DNA from: Escherichia coli
Lineage (GTDB): Bacteria; Pseudomonadota; Gammaproteobacteria; Enterobacterales; Enterobacteriaceae
Assembly (NCBI RefSeq): GCF_024502345.1
Contig: NZ_JALDNN010000001.1
Reading direction: 5' to 3' (one strand)
Length of the DNA stretch: 64,000 nt
Shown: positions 45,314-56,531 of the stretch, piece after piece
Position numbering within the stretch: position 1 is the first letter of the stretch
How the letters are laid out: each line of letters begins with the position of its first letter
The notes under the pieces: generated by a model
The model's input: the letters and a program-made list of their open reading frames with translations, nothing else
Databases searched by the model: none
What the model was told of the DNA's origin: nothing
Made by a program: the position numbers and the translations under genes

Positions 45314-45525
45314 GCCTGATGCGCTACGCTCATCAGGCCTACAAAATCTATTGCAACATGTTGAATCTTCGTGCGTTTGTAGGCCGGATAAGGCGTTCAC
45401 GACGCATCCGGCATTAGGTGCTCAATGCCTGATGCGCTACGCTTATCAGGCCTACAAAATCTATTGCAACATGTTGAATCTTCATGCGTTTGTAGGCGGA
45501 TAAGGCGTTTTCGCCACATCAGGTA
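45314..45525. repeat. BIME: two tandem ~113-bp units each containing a pair of inverted REP elements
   Basis: GCCTGATGCGCTACGCTTATCAGGCCTACA and TGTAGGCCGGATAAGGCG...CATCCGGCA motifs, duplicated at 45314 and 45427. Confidence 0.85.
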
Positions 45526-45543
45526 AGAGTGAATTCACAATGA

Positions 45544-45577
45544 TGCCCGGTTGCTTTTCACAACCGGGCATTTTTTT
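45544..45577 (+). terminator. exbBD rho-independent terminator
   Basis: GCCCGGTTG-CTTTTCA-CAACCGGGC followed by ATTTTTTT. Confidence 0.7.
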
Positions 45578-46460
45578 AACCTAAATGCTCGCCGCCGCAC
45601 ACGCCGTGCACTTCTGCGGTGACGTAGCTCGACTCCTGACTTGCCAGATAAACATATACAGGGGCCAGTTCCGCCGGTTGCCCCGCACGCTTCATCGGCG
45701 TTTTCTGACCAAACTGCGGGATCTTATCCTGCGTTTGTCCGCCGGAAATTTGCAGTGCCGTCCAGATAGGGCCTGGCGCGACAATATTCACCCGAATACC
45801 TTTCTCCGCGACCTGTTTTGCCAGGCCACGGCTGTAGTTCAGAATCGCCGCCTTCGTAGCCGCATAGTCCAGTAAATGCGGACTTGGCTGGTATGCCTGG
45901 ATTGACGAAGTGGTGATGATACTTGCACCTTTCGGTAGCAGGGGGATCGCTTCCTGGGTTAGCCAGAACAGCGCGAAAACGTTAATGGCAAAGGTCTTTT
46001 GAAACTGTTCGCTGGTGAGGTCTGCAATATCCGGAATGGCAACCTGTTTCCCGGCGACCAGCGCCATAATATCCAGCCCGCCTAACGCCTTGTGCGCTTC
46101 GTGAACCAGCGAACGGGCGAATTTCTCATCGCTTAAATCGCCTGGCAGCAGAACGGCTTTGCGTCCGCATTCTTCAATGATCTTTTTCACATCCTGAGCG
46201 TCTTCTTCTTCCACGGGAAGATAACTGATCGCCACGTCAGCCCCTTCACGCGCGTAAGCGATGGCGGCAGCGCGACCTATTCCGGAATCGCCCCCTGTCA
46301 CCAGTGCTTTACGATCTTTCAGGCGACCGCTACCAACATAGGTTTTCTCGCCGCAATCCGGTACCGGTGTCATCTTCGCCTGGATGCCTGGCGTCGGTTG
46401 TTTCTGTTTGGGATATTCACCAGTGTAATACTGCGTGGTCGGGTCTTTTAAATGAGACAT
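45576..46460 (-). CDS. yghA: SDR-family oxidoreductase, 294 aa
   Basis: Rossmann motif TGGDSGIG; recognised. Confidence 0.9.
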   Translation of the reverse strand: MSHLKDPTTQYYTGEYPKQKQPTPGIQAKMTPVPDCGEKTYVGSGRLKDRKALVTGGDSGIGRAAAIAYAREGADVAISYLPVEEEDAQDVKKIIEECGRKAVLLPGDLSDEKFARSLVHEAHKALGGLDIMALVAGKQVAIPDIADLTSEQFQKTFAINVFALFWLTQEAIPLLPKGASIITTSSIQAYQPSPHLLDYAATKAAILNYSRGLAKQVAEKGIRVNIVAPGPIWTALQISGGQTQDKIPQFGQKTPMKRAGQPAELAPVYVYLASQESSYVTAEVHGVCGGEHLG

Positions 46461-46581
46461 CGTTTTTCTCCCTTCAGGTTCAACGTCCTTTAAGGGTAGA
46501 CGCTCTCGATGCGTTGATAAGGGAACCAGGAAGATCCCTAAACCTCAGAATTATGCGACAAAGGTTTAACGTATATGTTGA

Positions 46582-47145
<564 letters not shown>

Positions 47146-47146
47146 T

Positions 47147-47180
47147 CTGATTCGGGCGCGGTTCGCGCGCCCGTTATTAA
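47147..47180. terminator. Hairpin between convergent yqhA and yghZ
   Basis: CGGGCGCG-GTTC-GCGCGCCCG. Confidence 0.55.
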
Positions 47181-47184
47181 CAGG

Positions 47185-48225
47185 TCATTTATCGGACGAC
47201 GCCTGCCACAGATTCAGCTCGCCATCGGCGATATGCTGATCAATCTGCGCCAGCTCCTCGGTGCTAAATGTCAGATTATTCAGCGCCTGCACGTTCTCCT
47301 CTAGTTGCTCCGCGCGGCTGGCACCAATCAATACCGACGTCACGCGATCATCTTTCAACAACCAGCTTAACGCCATTTGCGCCATTGATTGTCCACGCTG
47401 CTGTGCCATTTCATTCAATAAGCGCAGGCTGTTGAGGTTGGCTTCGGTAAGCATTTTCGGTGTCAGACCACGAACTTTATTCCCTTCACGATGCATCCGT
47501 GAATCTTGCGGAATGCCGTTGAGATATTTTCCGGTCAGCAATCCCTGAGCCAGAGGAGTAAAGGCAATACAGCCCACGCCGTTATTTTGCAGGGTATCCA
47601 GCAGGCCGCTTTTATCCACCCAGCGGTTCAGTAAATTGTACGAAGGTTGATGAATTAACAGCGGAATTTTCCACTCGTGCAGCAACTCGACCATTTTTTG
47701 CGTCCGCTCTGGCGAGTAAGAGGAGATCCCGACATACAGCGCCTTACCGCTTTGTACCGCATGAGCCAGCGCAGAGGCGGTTTCTTCCATCGGCGTATTT
47801 TCATCGACGCGATGAGAGTAAAAGATATCGACATACTCAAGCCCCATACGCTTCAGGCTTTGGTCGAGGCTGGCGAGCAGGTATTTACGTGAACCGCCAG
47901 AGCCGTAAGGGCCGGGCCACATATCGTAGCCAGCCTTGGTAGAGATAATCAGTTCATCGCGATAAGCGGCAAAATCCTCCCGCAGCAGGCGACCAAAGTT
48001 CTCTTCTGCGCTTCCTGGAGGCGGCCCGTAATTGTTGGCTAAATCAAAGTGCGTAATGCCTAAATCAAACGCTTTACGCAGGATCGCACGCTGTGATTCC
48101 AGCGCGTTAACGTGACCGAAATTGTGCCATAAACCGAGCGATAACGCGGGCAGGCGTAAACCGCTTTTTCCGCAATAGCGGTACTGCATCTGCCCGTAAC
48201 GCTCGGGATTCGCTAACCAGACCAT
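47185..48225 (-). CDS. gpr: L-glyceraldehyde 3-phosphate reductase (aldo-keto reductase), 346 aa
   Basis: Recognised as YghZ/Gpr. Confidence 0.9.
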   Translation of the reverse strand: MVWLANPERYGQMQYRYCGKSGLRLPALSLGLWHNFGHVNALESQRAILRKAFDLGITHFDLANNYGPPPGSAEENFGRLLREDFAAYRDELIISTKAGYDMWPGPYGSGGSRKYLLASLDQSLKRMGLEYVDIFYSHRVDENTPMEETASALAHAVQSGKALYVGISSYSPERTQKMVELLHEWKIPLLIHQPSYNLLNRWVDKSGLLDTLQNNGVGCIAFTPLAQGLLTGKYLNGIPQDSRMHREGNKVRGLTPKMLTEANLNSLRLLNEMAQQRGQSMAQMALSWLLKDDRVTSVLIGASRAEQLEENVQALNNLTFSTEELAQIDQHIADGELNLWQASSDK

Positions 48226-48381
48226 GACCTCTCCTTTCCACCGTTCAATTTCGAAACAATGTTTCTAGTTTAGCGATTCGCCAGCGCGTATCCCGTAGTC
48301 TGGCTCACAGAGTGACGAAAAACTGGGCAAAAACACGTGCTTATGCTTTGCTTAAAAAAACACCAACTGAGGAGTGCAACG

Positions 48382-49269
48382 ATGCCGCGTTTAACCGCCA
48401 AAGATTTCCCACAAGAGTTGCTGGATTACTACGACTATTACGCTCACGGGAAAATCTCGAAACGTGAGTTCCTCAACCTTGCGGCGAAGTATGCGGTAGG
48501 CGGGATGACGGCATTAGCGTTGTTTGATTTGCTCAAGCCAAATTATGCGCTGGCGACTCAGGTAGAGTTTACCGACCCGGAGATTTTTGCTGAGTACATC
48601 ACGTATCCTTCGCCAAATGGTCACGGCGAGGTACGGGGTTATCTGGTGAAACCCGCAAAAATGAGCGGCAAAACGCCAGCCGTGGTGGTGGTGCATGAGA
48701 ATCGTGGACTGAATCCGTATATCGAAGATGTGGCACGGCGAGTGGCGAAGGCGGGGTATATCGCCCTGGCACCTGACGGCTTAAGTTCCGTTGGAGGTTA
48801 TCCGGGAAATGATGATAAAGGTCGTGAGCTGCAACAGCAGGTTGATCCAACCAAACTGATGAATGATTTCTTTGCCGCAATTGAGTTTATGCAACGCTAT
48901 CCGCAAGCGACAGGCAAAGTGGGTATTACCGGATTTTGCTATGGCGGTGGCGTATCGAACGCGGCGGCTGTCGCGTATCCGGAACTGGCCTGCGCGGTGC
49001 CGTTTTATGGTCGTCAGGCACCCACTGCCGATGTGGCGAAGATTGAAGCGCCTTTACTACTCCACTTCGCGGAACTGGACACCCGAATCAACGAGGGCTG
49101 GCCTGCTTACGAGGCGGCGTTGAAAGCCAATAATAAGGTTTATGAGGCGTATATCTATCCGGGGGTTAATCACGGATTCCATAATGATTCCACGCCCCGT
49201 TATGACAAATCTGCCGCCGATCTTGCCTGGCAAAGGACACTGAAATGGTTCGATAAATATCTCTCCTGA
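48382..49269 (+). CDS. yghX: Dienelactone hydrolase-family protein, intact 295-aa reading frame
   Basis: Uninterrupted ORF from ATG 48382 (MPRLTAKDF...); nucleophile motif GFCYGG; K-12 copy is recalled as frameshifted. Confidence 0.8.
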   Translation: MPRLTAKDFPQELLDYYDYYAHGKISKREFLNLAAKYAVGGMTALALFDLLKPNYALATQVEFTDPEIFAEYITYPSPNGHGEVRGYLVKPAKMSGKTPAVVVVHENRGLNPYIEDVARRVAKAGYIALAPDGLSSVGGYPGNDDKGRELQQQVDPTKLMNDFFAAIEFMQRYPQATGKVGITGFCYGGGVSNAAAVAYPELACAVPFYGRQAPTADVAKIEAPLLLHFAELDTRINEGWPAYEAALKANNKVYEAYIYPGVNHGFHNDSTPRYDKSAADLAWQRTLKWFDKYLS

Positions 49270-49387
49270 TAGGTTTATCTCTTACGGGATTACGTCTTAA
49301 ACAAGCATGAAAAAATAGCGTGCGCAAAAGTCGTTCTTTGCCTAAAATATCGCTATATATGACGATATATAGCGAATGAGGTGAACG

Positions 49388-49675
49388 ATGAATAACCATT
49401 TTGGTAAAGGTTTAATGGCGGGATTAAAAGCAACGCATGCCGACAGTGCGGTTAATGTGACAAAATTCTGTGCCGATTATAAACGCGGTTTTGTATTAGG
49501 CTACTCACACCGGATGTACGAAAAGACCGGAGATCGCCAGCTTAGCGCCTGGGAAGCGGGTATTCTGACGCGCCGCTATGGACTGGATAAAGAGATGGTA
49601 ATGGATTTCTTTCGTGAGAATAATTCCTGTTCTACGTTGCGCTTTTTTATGGCCGGTTATCGCCTCGAAAATTGA
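49388..49675 (+). CDS. yghW: DUF2623 protein, 95 aa
   Basis: Conserved position upstream of hyb operon. Confidence 0.8.
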
Positions 49676-49863
49676 TCAAACATACGTATTATCTTGCTTT
49701 AATTAATTACACTAATGCTTCTTCCCTTCGTTTTAGCGCCCCGCCGCAGTATCATGATATCGATAACCATAATAAATGTGTGGTAAATGGCGCATCGATC
49801 GCATTATTGATTTTGCGATTGAGGCAAAATATATGCCAGGTCTTCGCAACGGAATAACTATAA

Positions 49864-50982
49864 ATGACTGGAGATAACACCCTCATCCATTCTCACGGCA
49901 TTAACCGTCGTGATTTCATGAAGCTTTGTGCAGCATTAGCCGCCACCATGGGGTTAAGTAGCAAAGCCGCTGCAGAGATGGCCGAATCGGTTACTAACCC
50001 GCAGCGTCCGCCAGTTATCTGGATTGGCGCGCAGGAGTGCACCGGTTGTACGGAATCTCTGCTTCGTGCAACGCATCCAACGGTAGAAAACCTCGTACTG
50101 GAGACTATCTCTCTGGAGTATCACGAAGTACTTTCCGCCGCCTTCGGTCATCAGGTCGAAGAGAACAAACATAACGCTCTCGAGAAGTACAAAGGGCAGT
50201 ATGTGTTAGTGGTGGATGGTTCCATCCCATTAAAAGATAACGGTATTTATTGCATGGTTGCCGGTGAGCCGATTGTGGATCACATCCGCAAAGCGGCGGA
50301 AGGCGCAGCAGCCATTATCGCTATCGGTTCCTGCTCTGCGTGGGGCGGTGTTGCCGCAGCTGGAGTTAACCCAACTGGCGCCGTCAGCCTGCAAGAAGTT
50401 CTGCCAGGCAAAACCGTTATCAACATTCCGGGCTGCCCGCCGAACCCGCACAACTTCCTCGCGACCGTTGCGCACATCATCACTTACGGCAAACCGCCGA
50501 AACTGGATGACAAAAACCGTCCGACCTTCGCCTATGGCCGTCTGATTCACGAACACTGCGAACGTCGCCCACACTTCGATGCGGGTCGTTTTGCCAAAGA
50601 GTTCGGTGATGAAGGCCACCGCGAAGGCTGGTGCCTGTACCACCTCGGCTGTAAAGGGCCAGAAACTTACGGCAACTGCTCAACGCTGCAATTCTGCGAT
50701 GTTGGCGGTGTGTGGCCGGTGGCCATTGGTCACCCGTGCTATGGCTGTAACGAAGAAGGTATCGGCTTCCATAAAGGCATCCATCAGCTTGCCAACGTCG
50801 AAAATCAGACTCCGCGTTCACAGAAACCGGATGTTAACGCTAAAGAGGGCGGCAACGTCTCTGCAGGCGCTATTGGTTTGCTCGGCGGTGTGGTTGGGCT
50901 GGTTGCCGGTGTCAGCGTGATGGCGGTGCGTGAACTGGGTCGTCAGCAAAAGAAAGATAACGCTGACTCACGGGGAGAATAA
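49864..50982 (+). CDS. hybO: Hydrogenase-2 small subunit, 372 aa
   Basis: Tat signal RRDFMK; [NiFe] small-subunit Cys clusters; recognised. Confidence 0.95.
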   Translation: MTGDNTLIHSHGINRRDFMKLCAALAATMGLSSKAAAEMAESVTNPQRPPVIWIGAQECTGCTESLLRATHPTVENLVLETISLEYHEVLSAAFGHQVEENKHNALEKYKGQYVLVVDGSIPLKDNGIYCMVAGEPIVDHIRKAAEGAAAIIAIGSCSAWGGVAAAGVNPTGAVSLQEVLPGKTVINIPGCPPNPHNFLATVAHIITYGKPPKLDDKNRPTFAYGRLIHEHCERRPHFDAGRFAKEFGDEGHREGWCLYHLGCKGPETYGNCSTLQFCDVGGVWPVAIGHPCYGCNEEGIGFHKGIHQLANVENQTPRSQKPDVNAKEGGNVSAGAIGLLGGVVGLVAGVSVMAVRELGRQQKKDNADSRGE

Positions 50983-50984
50983 CC

Positions 50985-51971
50985 GTGAACAGACGTAATT
51001 TTATTAAAGCAGCCTCCTGCGGGGCATTGCTGACGGGCGCGCTGCCGTCTGTCAGTCATGCGGCTGCTGAAAACCGCCCGCCAATTCCGGGATCGCTGGG
51101 GATGTTGTACGACTCGACCTTGTGCGTAGGCTGCCAGGCTTGCGTCACCAAGTGTCAGGATATCAACTTCCCTGAACGTAACCCGCAAGGGGAACAGACC
51201 TGGTCGAACAACGACAAACTGTCGCCGTATACCAATAACATCATTCAGGTGTGGACCAGCGGCACAGGGGTCAACAAAGACCAGGAGGAGAACGGCTACG
51301 CGTACATTAAGAAACAGTGTATGCACTGCGTCGATCCGAACTGTGTCTCTGTGTGCCCGGTTTCTGCACTGAAAAAAGATCCGAAAACCGGCATTGTCCA
51401 TTACGACAAAGACGTGTGCACCGGCTGCCGTTACTGCATGGTCGCCTGTCCGTACAACGTGCCGAAGTACGACTACAACAACCCGTTTGGTGCGCTGCAT
51501 AAGTGCGAGCTGTGCAACCAGAAAGGTGTGGAACGTCTCGATAAAGGCGGTCTGCCTGGCTGCGTAGAAGTGTGCCCGGCGGGCGCGGTGATTTTTGGTA
51601 CGCGTGAAGAGCTGATGGCGGAGGCGAAAAAACGTCTGGCGCTGAAGCCTGGCAGCGAATACCACTATCCGCGTCAGACGCTGAAATCTGGCGACACTTA
51701 CCTGCATACGGTGCCGAAATATTATCCGCATCTGTACGGCGAGAAAGAGGGCGGCGGTACTCAGGTTCTGGTACTGACGGGTGTGCCTTATGAAAATCTC
51801 GACCTGCCGAAACTGGACGATCTTTCTACCGGTGCGCGTTCCGAAAATATTCAACACACCCTGTATAAAGGCATGATGCTACCACTGGCTGTGCTGGCGG
51901 GCTTAACCGTGCTGGTTCGTCGCAACACCAAAAACGACCATCACGACGGAGGAGACGATCATGAGTCATGA
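50985..51971 (+). CDS. hybA: Hydrogenase-2 4Fe-4S ferredoxin-type subunit, 328 aa
   Basis: Tat signal; multiple CxxCxxCxxxCP motifs. Confidence 0.95.
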
Positions 51972-53139
51972 TCCACAACCGCTGGGCGGCAAAATCATCA
52001 GTAAACCGGTCATGATTTTTGGACCGTTAATCGTCATCTGTATGCTCCTGATTGTGAAGCGTCTGGTGTTCGGTCTGGGCTCTGTCTCCGACCTGAACGG
52101 CGGCTTTCCGTGGGGCGTGTGGATCGCGTTTGACCTGCTGATCGGCACCGGCTTTGCCTGTGGCGGCTGGGCGCTGGCGTGGGCGGTATACGTCTTTAAC
52201 CGTGGGCAATACCATCCGCTGGTGCGTCCGGCGCTGTTGGCGAGTCTGTTTGGTTACTCACTGGGTGGTTTGTCGATCACTATCGATGTGGGTCGCTACT
52301 GGAACCTGCCGTACTTCTACATTCCGGGTCACTTCAACGTGAACTCGGTACTGTTCGAGACGGCGGTCTGTATGACCATCTATATCGGCGTGATGGCACT
52401 GGAGTTTGCTCCGGCACTGTTTGAACGTCTGGGCTGGAAGGTGTCGCTACAGCGTCTGAACAAGGTGATGTTCTTCATCATCGCGCTCGGTGCGCTGCTG
52501 CCGACCATGCACCAGTCTTCAATGGGGTCGCTGATGATCTCGGCGGGCTACAAGGTGCATCCGCTGTGGCAGAGCTATGAAATGTTGCCGCTGTTCTCGC
52601 TGCTGACGGCGTTCATCATGGGCTTCTCGATTGTCATCTTTGAAGGTTCACTGGTGCAGGCGGGTCTGCGTGGCAACGGTCCGGATGAAAAGAGCCTGTT
52701 CGTCAAGCTGACCAACACCATCAGTGTGTTGCTGGCGATTTTCATCGTGCTGCGCTTTGGCGAGCTTATCTATCGCGACAAGCTGTCGTTAGCGTTTGCC
52801 GGTGACTTCTACTCCGTGATGTTCTGGATTGAAGTCCTGCTGATGCTCTTCCCGCTGGTCGTTCTGCGTGTGGCGAAGCTGCGTAATGATTCCCGCATGC
52901 TGTTCCTGTCAGCACTGAGCGCACTGTTAGGTTGTGCAACCTGGCGTCTGACCTATTCGCTGGTGGCATTCAACCCGGGCGGCGGTTACGCCTACTTCCC
53001 GACCTGGGAAGAACTGTTGATTTCTATTGGTTTTGTGGCTATTGAGATTTGCGCTTACATCGTACTCATTCGTCTACTGCCGATACTTCCTCCTTTAAAA
53101 CAAAACGATCATAATCGTCATGAGGCGAGCAAAGCATGA
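51961..53139 (+). CDS. hybB: Hydrogenase-2 integral membrane subunit, 392 aa
   Basis: Polytopic membrane protein; overlaps hybA end by 11 nt. Confidence 0.93.
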
Positions 53140-54839
53140 GCCAGAGAATTACTATTGATCCGGTAACCCGTATTGAGGGGCATTTACGCATCGATTGCGA
53201 AATCGAAAATGGCGTCGTTTCGAAAGCATGGGCTTCCGGTACCATGTGGCGCGGCATGGAAGAGATCGTGAAAAACCGCGATCCGCGCGATGCATGGATG
53301 ATTGTGCAACGTATCTGTGGCGTATGTACTACCACTCACGCGCTGTCTTCCGTTCGTGCGGCAGAAAGTGCGCTGAATATCGACGTTCCGGTTAACGCGC
53401 AATACATCCGTAACATCATTCTGGCTGCGCACACCACGCATGACCATATCGTTCATTTCTATCAGCTTTCGGCGCTGGACTGGGTGGACATCACTTCTGC
53501 ACTGCAAGCTGACCCAACCAAAGCCTCTGAAATGCTGAAAGGCGTTTCGACCTGGCATCTGAACAGTCCGGAAGAGTTCACCAAAGTTCAGAACAAGATT
53601 AAAGATCTGGTTGCCAGCGGTCAGTTGGGTATTTTCGCCAATGGCTACTGGGGTCACCCGGCGATGAAACTGCCGCCGGAAGTGAACCTGATTGCGGTAG
53701 CGCACTACCTGCAGGCGCTGGAGTGCCAGCGTGACGCTAACCGCGTCGTGGCGCTGCTGGGCGGTAAAACGCCGCACATTCAGAACCTGGCGGTAGGCGG
53801 GGTCGCTAACCCAATCAACCTCGACGGTTTGGGCGTGCTGAACCTTGAGCGCCTGATGTACATCAAGTCTTTCATCGACAAGCTGAGCGACTTTGTTGAA
53901 CAGGTTTATAAGGTTGATACCGCAGTTATCGCCGCGTTCTACCCGGAATGGCTGACGCGCGGTAAAGGTGCGGTGAACTACCTGAGCGTGCCGGAATTCC
54001 CGACCGACAGCAAAAACGGCAGCTTCCTGTTCCCGGGCGGCTACATTGAGAATGCGGATCTGTCCTCGTATCGTCCGATCACTTCTCATTCCGATGAATA
54101 CCTGATCAAAGGCATTCAGGAAAGCGCGAAGCACTCCTGGTATAAAGACGAAGCGCCGCAGGCACCGTGGGAAGGTACCACCATTCCGGCTTACGACGGT
54201 TGGTCTGACGACGGTAAATATTCCTGGGTGAAATCGCCGACTTTCTACGGCAAAACGGTAGAAGTGGGTCCGCTGGCTAATATGCTGGTGAAACTGGCGG
54301 CAGGTCGCGAATCTACCCAGAACAAACTGAATGAAATCGTTGCGATTTATCAGAAACTGACTGGCAACACGCTGGAAGTGGCACAGCTGCACTCCACGCT
54401 GGGCCGTATTATTGGTCGTACCGTTCACTGCTGTGAATTGCAGGATATCCTGCAAAACCAATACAGTGCACTTATCACCAATATCGGCAAAGGCGATCAC
54501 ACCACCTTTGTGAAGCCGAACATTCCGGCAACGGGTGAGTTCAAAGGTGTTGGCTTCCTCGAAGCGCCGCGCGGTATGCTCTCTCACTGGATGGTTATTA
54601 AAGACGGTATCATCAGCAACTACCAGGCGGTTGTTCCATCAACCTGGAACTCTGGTCCGCGTAACTTCAATGATGACGTCGGTCCTTACGAGCAGTCGCT
54701 GGTGGGTACACCGGTTGCCGATCCGAATAAACCGCTGGAAGTGGTGCGTACCATTCACTCCTTCGACCCGTGCATGGCCTGTGCGGTACACGTAGTGGAT
54801 GCTGACGGCAACGAAGTGGTTTCAGTGAAGGTTCTGTAA
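53136..54839 (+). CDS. hybC: Hydrogenase-2 large ([NiFe]) subunit, 567 aa
   Basis: N-terminal RxCGxC and C-terminal DPCxxCxxH nickel-binding motifs. Confidence 0.95.
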   Translation: MSQRITIDPVTRIEGHLRIDCEIENGVVSKAWASGTMWRGMEEIVKNRDPRDAWMIVQRICGVCTTTHALSSVRAAESALNIDVPVNAQYIRNIILAAHTTHDHIVHFYQLSALDWVDITSALQADPTKASEMLKGVSTWHLNSPEEFTKVQNKIKDLVASGQLGIFANGYWGHPAMKLPPEVNLIAVAHYLQALECQRDANRVVALLGGKTPHIQNLAVGGVANPINLDGLGVLNLERLMYIKSFIDKLSDFVEQVYKVDTAVIAAFYPEWLTRGKGAVNYLSVPEFPTDSKNGSFLFPGGYIENADLSSYRPITSHSDEYLIKGIQESAKHSWYKDEAPQAPWEGTTIPAYDGWSDDGKYSWVKSPTFYGKTVEVGPLANMLVKLAAGRESTQNKLNEIVAIYQKLTGNTLEVAQLHSTLGRIIGRTVHCCELQDILQNQYSALITNIGKGDHTTFVKPNIPATGEFKGVGFLEAPRGMLSHWMVIKDGIISNYQAVVPSTWNSGPRNFNDDVGPYEQSLVGTPVADPNKPLEVVRTIHSFDPCMACAVHVVDADGNEVVSVKVL

Positions 54840-55333
54840 TGCGTATTTTAGTCTTAGGGGTCGGCAATATTTTGCTGACCGATGAAGCCATCGGTGTGCG
54901 GATTGTCGAAGCGTTAGAGCAACGATACATTCTGCCGGATTATGTTGAGATCCTCGATGGCGGCACGGCGGGAATGGAGCTGCTTGGCGACATGGCAAAT
55001 CGCGATCATCTGATTATTGCGGATGCCATTGTGTCGAAGAAGAGCGCGCCGGGAACGATGATGATCCTGCGGGATGAAGAAGTTCCGGCGTTGTTTACCA
55101 ACAAAATCTCTCCGCATCAGCTTGGCCTGGCCGACGTCTTGTCGGCCCTGCGCTTCACCGGCGAGTTTCCGAAAAAGCTGACCCTGGTCGGCGTAATTCC
55201 GGAATCACTGGAGCCGCACATCGGCTTGACGCCGACGGTCGAAGCGATGATTGAACCTGCGCTTGAGCAGGTTCTGGCTGCGCTGCGTGAATCTGGCGTG
55301 GAAGCTATCCCACGGGAGGCGATTCATGACTGA
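54839..55333 (+). CDS. hybD: Hydrogenase-2 maturation endopeptidase, 164 aa
   Basis: Recognised. Confidence 0.93.
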   Translation: MRILVLGVGNILLTDEAIGVRIVEALEQRYILPDYVEILDGGTAGMELLGDMANRDHLIIADAIVSKKSAPGTMMILRDEEVPALFTNKISPHQLGLADVLSALRFTGEFPKKLTLVGVIPESLEPHIGLTPTVEAMIEPALEQVLAALRESGVEAIPREAIHD

Positions 55334-55814
55334 AGAGATAGCAGGTTTCCAGACCTCCCCGAAGGCGCAAGTACAGGCAGCGTTTGAAGAAATTGCCCGG
55401 CGTTCGATGCACGATCTCTCTTTTCTGCATCCTTCAATGCCGGTGTATGTTTCTGATTTTACGCTGTTCGAAGGTCAGTGGACGGGGTGTGTGATCACCC
55501 CGTGGATGCTGAGTGCAGTTATCTTCCCCGGCCCGGAGCAACTCTGGCCGCTGCGCAAAGTGAGTGAAAAAATCGGTCTGCAACTGCCGTATGGCACCAT
55601 GACCTTTACCGTTGGCGAACTGGACGGTGTTTCGCAATACCTCTCCTGTTCGCTGATGTCACCGCTTTCGCACAGTATGTCGATTGAAGAGGGCCAACGC
55701 CTGACGGATGACTGCGCACGAATGATCCTTTCGCTGCCGGTCACCAATCCGGATGTACCACACGCAGGGCGTCGCGCCCTGCTGTTTGGTCGCAGGAGTG
55801 GCGAAAATGCATGA
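55326..55814 (+). CDS. hybE: Hydrogenase-2 operon chaperone HybE, 162 aa
   Basis: Track ORF trimmed to MTEEIAGFQTSPKAQ...; overlaps hybD end by 8 nt. Confidence 0.88.
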   Translation: MTEEIAGFQTSPKAQVQAAFEEIARRSMHDLSFLHPSMPVYVSDFTLFEGQWTGCVITPWMLSAVIFPGPEQLWPLRKVSEKIGLQLPYGTMTFTVGELDGVSQYLSCSLMSPLSHSMSIEEGQRLTDDCARMILSLPVTNPDVPHAGRRALLFGRRSGENA

Positions 55815-56148
55815 GTTGTCGCTTTGCCAGAGTGCCGTTGAAATTATCCAACGGCAGGCGGAGCAGCACGATGTTAAGCGCGTCACCGCCGTGTGGCTGG
55901 AAATTGGCGCGCTCTCCTGCGTTGAGGAGAGCGCCGTCCGTTTTAGTTTTGAAATTGTCTGCCACGGAACGGTGGCGCAAGGGTGCGATTTACATATCAT
56001 CTATAAACCCGCCCAGGCCTGGTGCTGGGATTGCAGCCAGGTGGTGGAGATTCATCAGCACGATGCGCAGTGTCCGCTCTGTCATGGCGAGCGGTTGCGT
56101 GTCGATACCGGCGATTCGCTGATCGTCAAAAGTATTGAAGTTGAATAA
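55807..56148 (+). CDS. hybF: Hydrogenase nickel incorporation protein HybF (HypA paralog), 113 aa
   Basis: Zn-finger CxxC...CxxC; MHELSLCQSAVEII start. Confidence 0.9.
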   Translation: MHELSLCQSAVEIIQRQAEQHDVKRVTAVWLEIGALSCVEESAVRFSFEIVCHGTVAQGCDLHIIYKPAQAWCWDCSQVVEIHQHDAQCPLCHGERLRVDTGDSLIVKSIEVE

Positions 56149-56160
56149 CCGGAGTTAACA

Positions 56161-56409
56161 ATGTGTATTGGCGTTCCAGGCCAGGTGCTGGCTGTCGGTG
56201 AAGATATTCACCAGCTTGCGCAGGTTGAAGTATGTGGTATCAAGCGCGACGTGAATATCGCCCTGATTTGTGAAGGTAACCCTGCCGATCTGCTGGGCCA
56301 GTGGGTGCTGGTACACGTCGGATTTGCCATGAGCATCATCGACGAAGATGAAGCCAAAGCCACATTAGACGCACTGCGCCAAATGGATTACGACATTACC
56401 AGCGCGTGA
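56161..56409 (+). CDS. hybG: Hydrogenase maturation factor HybG (HypC paralog), 82 aa
   Basis: MCIGVP N-terminus typical of HypC family. Confidence 0.92.
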
Positions 56410-56414
56410 TGATT

Positions 56415-56530
56415 AGCTTTCGTAGGCCTGATAAGACGCGGCAGCGTCGCATCAGGCATTGTGCTCGATTGCCGGATGCGGCGTGAACGCCTTATCCGGC
56501 CTGGATGGCTTGCTGCGACGAACGCTAACC
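56415..56530. repeat. REP elements between hybG and yghU
   Basis: GTAGGCCTGATAAGACGCG...CGCATCAGGC and TGCCGGATGCGGCGTGAACGCCTTATCCGGCCT. Confidence 0.8.
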
Positions 56531-56531
56531 C

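Noticed and set aside
50943-51857. 304-aa minus-strand ORF inside hybA
   Set aside because: Antisense shadow ORF.
53184-54587. 467-aa minus-strand ORF inside hybC
   Set aside because: Antisense shadow ORF; hybC identity is unambiguous from nickel-binding motifs.
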